Origin: Vicugna vicugna
Taxonomy: Eukaryota
DNA: 64,000 nucleotides
Direction of reading: 5' to 3'
Assembly (NCBI GenBank): GCA_013265495.1
Contig: MU058824.1
Location: forward strand, 4,305,111 to 4,369,110
Shown here: in pieces, positions 60,609-64,000 of the stretch
Layout: each line of letters begins with the position of its first letter
Position numbering within the stretch: position 1 is the first letter of the stretch
Translations under genes and position numbers: made by a program
Notes under the pieces: model-generated
Seen by the model: only the letters and a program-made list of their open reading frames with translations
Databases searched by the model: none
Told to the model about the DNA's origin: nothing

Positions 60609-63499
60609 CAAGGGGAGGCCAGGTCAGTGGTGGACAGAAGTCATATCAATTCCAAAATGGAACCTCCCCTCCTTCCCACATCCTCCATCACTCATCTATC
60701 CATCTATTGATTCATCATCTAAGCAGCAGCATCCAACCAGCCATCTATCATCCATCCAATCCCAATCCATCCATCTGTTCATCAGCTCTGTGTGTGCCTC
60801 CTCTGGGCCAGCTCCCATATTGTAGGCTGGGGGTCCAGAGACAAATCAGCCATGCCCTGCCCTCAAAGCTCACACACAGAAGGGAGACAGCCTTGTAAAC
60901 AGACATTAGCCAACAGTGTGACAGGGCCAAGGTGCAGGTGAGCACAGGTCAAGAGGAACTTGGAGAAAAGTAGCCTAACATGGTCTGGGGGATCAGGAAG
61001 GTGATCCCTGATTTGAGGACCCACAGATGTCTGGACAGGGGCTGGCCAGGCTAAGATGGTGAAGGCACTGAGTGCCAGCCTTAGGAACCTGGAGTTCCTC
61101 CCATGGAAACGAAGGTGAGCTGGGTAAGTTATGAGAGAGGGCCACAGAGGGTCCTTCACCCTAGCTAGTCTCCTCTGACAGGAGCCTGTCCCTGAGGACT
61201 GGCCTGGGCAGGAGAGTAGAAACCAGATGATGAAAGAAGCACCCCTCCTTCCGCTGCCCCAGCTCACCTTCCCCAGCTGACGCTCTCTTCTGTTGTCTTT
61301 TCCCCCAGAGGCCAAGGAGATGGCCCAGCAGGGCATCACCTCCTCCTCCTTCATAGAGATCCCCCATGTCTCCTGGGCCTTCAAATCAAATCCCAGTGGG
61401 CCACCAAGGGTCATGAGGGAAGAAGACCCAGGCCTTGCCCTCAGGAGCTCTGAGCTAGACACTGACCCAGGAGAGGAAAGGGAACTGCAGGTCATGCCAG
61501 TGGTGGCCAAGCTTTCCAAGGGGTTTCGGAGAAATTGAACAGGGAGTGGTCGGGACTCAAACACTCTGGGCCCTGGAGGGGCAAACCAATGAGGTCGGTC
61601 ACAGTAACATGGAGTGGGGCAGGGACAGGGATAGGAGGGGGATGCTGAATGTCAGGATGTGGCAGGTCTGGGTTGACAGGTTACCAGATAGGGAGATGCT
61701 GTTAACAAAAGCATGAGGAAGAAACCAGGTGAAGATAACTGGGCCCAAGGCAGAAGGCGGAGCTACTGCCTTAAGTCTTCAGGCTTTTGGTGACCTCAGA
61801 TGTATCAGGGAAGGCTCCCTGGAGGAGGTGATGAGGAGGTAAAGGTGAGGAAAGGGCCATGGTGGAAGGGATCTGGTGTATCCTGGGGCTGTGAGGACGA
61901 GGTGGAGATAAGGGGAATGGTGAGTTGCTATGGTGAAGCTACTTTAAAGGCAGCCCTGAGTGCAGGGTTAGGATGCACTGGACCCTGGAGAACTCAGGCC
62001 CTGCTGTCTCCTTGGCAGAGACATACACGGCTGCTGAAAACTAGGTCACTACACAAGTAGAGAAGCAAAAGTGAAAGTTCCTGCACCAAACCTAAGCTCG
62101 GGGCCCAGAAGCTGAAGCTGGGCATTGTCCCCAGCAGGGCCAGTGCCCTGGACCAAGGTTCAGGGGTCTGGAGGGGAGCCCTCTCTCCCCAGCCCTGGCT
62201 GAGAGGCCTGGGGGCTCCACAACCACACCTCTGGCTGGCCCAGGAGTCCCCTCCCACCACAGCAGCCAGTCTCCCAGCCCAGGTGGTTCCTCGAGCAGGG
62301 CCTCAGCCTCAGGGAGGCCAGATAACACTGGTGACCACACCCAGCAAGAGGCACACCCCTTTTGCAGAAAAAGCCAAGAACACAGATAAACGTACAGAAA
62401 AAGTCAAAGAAAACCCACCCAACCCCGCATTATGCAGGGAGAGCCCTCAGAGCCACCCCATGATGGGGGAAGGGAGGGATTATGCCCTTGTTTTGTATGG
62501 GGGGGAGACTGAGGCTCAGAGAGGTCACACAGCCTCAGGGTGCCAGCCTGGAGTGAGGGAGGTCCTTTCTTGTGCTTGCTGGCCAACCATTTCTGGGTGC
62601 CAGGCCTGTGAGTGATCTCATTTACTTCTCACCAACTTTGTGGGAGCTTCCACTACTGTACCCATTTTTTGGATGAGGAAACTGAGACGCAAGAAGGATG
62701 TAACCTGCCCACATTCCCACAACTGGTCCAGGAGTAGGTAGGTCCTCAAGGAGAGTAACTCTGCCCTTAACCCCACCCCACAAGGGTCATGAGACAGAGG
62801 AAATCAGGGAGGAGAGACAGTGGGGCCACCGGACCTAGGAGGAGGATCAGGCCCAGTGGGGTTGGCAGCTGCCTTCAAATCTCTGAGGGGAGAGAAAAGG
62901 AGGAAGGAAGAGGAGAAAAGAACAGATTTCTCAAGAGCCTCCTCTGTGCCAAGGCTTTTATCAGACCTGCCTGAGGGGCTGCAGAGGAAAATCAGGGGCT
63001 GGAGAAGAAGTTCCAGGCAGATCTGGGGCTGCTGAAGGTGTAAGGGGCTGCCTGGGAAGCCAACAGGCCAAGGGAGGGAGCAGGCATCTTGGGTGGGGCT
63101 GACCTGAGGGCTCTGGAAGGTCCTTTAGGGCCCAAGCTTCTAACTGTTGAATAGAGACTCTGAGGAGGTCAGTGCCCCTCCTCCTGCAAGGCTGTTGGCC
63201 GGGACAGGCTCCACCCTCAGCATCAGTTGTCCTCTCCTCCACCTCCTCGGAGGCCTCCCAGAGCCCAGCTGACTCATTTCTCTGCCCTCTCCAGACTCCC
63301 CACCAAAGAGGCCCAGGGCCGTCAGAAGCCAGAGCAGGAATTATGGACAGACCCCTTCTGTCCCCTGGCAAGAGCCTAGAAAGCCTTTGGGGCAAATCTG
63401 GTTTTGCTAGTTTATCAGGAAGGAAGAATAAAAAGTTGATTTAAAAAAATGAGTTCCAGATGGGTAACTCTTTCAGCCTGGGTTCCAGGAAATTCAAGA

Positions 63500-63695
63500 G
63501 GCAAATCCCAGCTCTGCCTTTTACTAACTGTGTGATCGTGGACAAGTTGCTCAATCACTCTGTGCCTCATTTCCTCCCTGTTCAAAATGAGGATAACAGT
63601 ATCTACCTCACAGGGTTGTTGTGAGAACTAAATTAATGAATCTATGTAAATGCTTTAGAACAGATCTGGAACAAAGTGAACAGTTACTATGTGTC
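63500..63695 (+). mobile_element. MIR SINE
   Basis: aaatcccagctctgcc...ctgtgtgatcgtggacaagttgctcaatcactctgtgcctcatttcct...aaaatgaggataacagtatctacctcacagggttgttgtgaga. Confidence 0.85.
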
Positions 63696-64000
63696 AACTA
63701 TACTTACTAACATTACTAACATTTCTGTTGGGCAGAAACCTTAGAGCCTCTGGCCTCAGAAATACTGCTTTAACGATCCCCTCCCTGTTTTTAATGGGAG
63801 AAGGGCTGCTGGTATTTAACTTGATCTCTGATGACCTCTTTTAGTACCTCTGAGCTCAGATATTTACTGAGTGAGTAAGTGAGCACAGGAACAAATGAAT
63901 GAGATGTTTGCACCAGACTGGGGAGAACGGGATTCTCCTCATTACAGAAGAGGGAACTTTGGTCTTTGGGAGAACATGTGAATTGCCCGAGGTCACACAG

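Noticed and set aside
60863..61564. 233-aa minus-strand ORF in GLIPR2 intron 1
   Set aside because: Non-ATG start, no recognisable similarity, and no evidence linking it to the GLIPR2 exons.
59483..64000. GLIPR2 exon 1 (MGKS myristoylation motif) and promoter
   Set aside because: No matching exon or CpG island found; it presumably lies beyond the window's right edge.

Overview
This is mammalian genomic DNA, most likely a camelid, judged from four tRNA-Ala(AGC)-derived SINEs of the Vic-1 type. It is the GNE-CLTA-CCIN-GLIPR2 block, syntenic with human 9p13.3. I reconstructed these gene structures by hand from GT-AG sites and reading frame. (1) GNE, + strand: the last two coding exons (1474-1590, 2148-2383) and 3' UTR. 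(2) CLTA, - strand: the complete gene, 7 coding exons totalling 747 nt (248 aa), including the two neuron-specific exons of 54 and 36 nt, with a CpG-island promoter. (3) CCIN/calicin, - strand: an intronless BTB-BACK-Kelch gene (44958-46724). (4) GLIPR2/GAPR-1, - strand: exons 2-5; exon 1 lies beyond the right edge. The rest is mostly interspersed repeats: L1 (including a ~9.5 kb nested cluster), L2, MIR, MaLR and ERV LTRs, hAT-Charlie MERs and microsatellites. Repeat families and boundaries were assigned from memory and are approximate. Nearly all other ORF-track entries are spurious. I found no convincing new biological system. The best leads are regulatory: a solo LTR followed by a full set of splice signals antisense to GLIPR2, a tandem CpG-free CRE pair upstream of CCIN, an orphan CpG island between CCIN and GLIPR2, and candidate poison exons, splice-regulatory motifs and a 5' UTR splice donor in CLTA.
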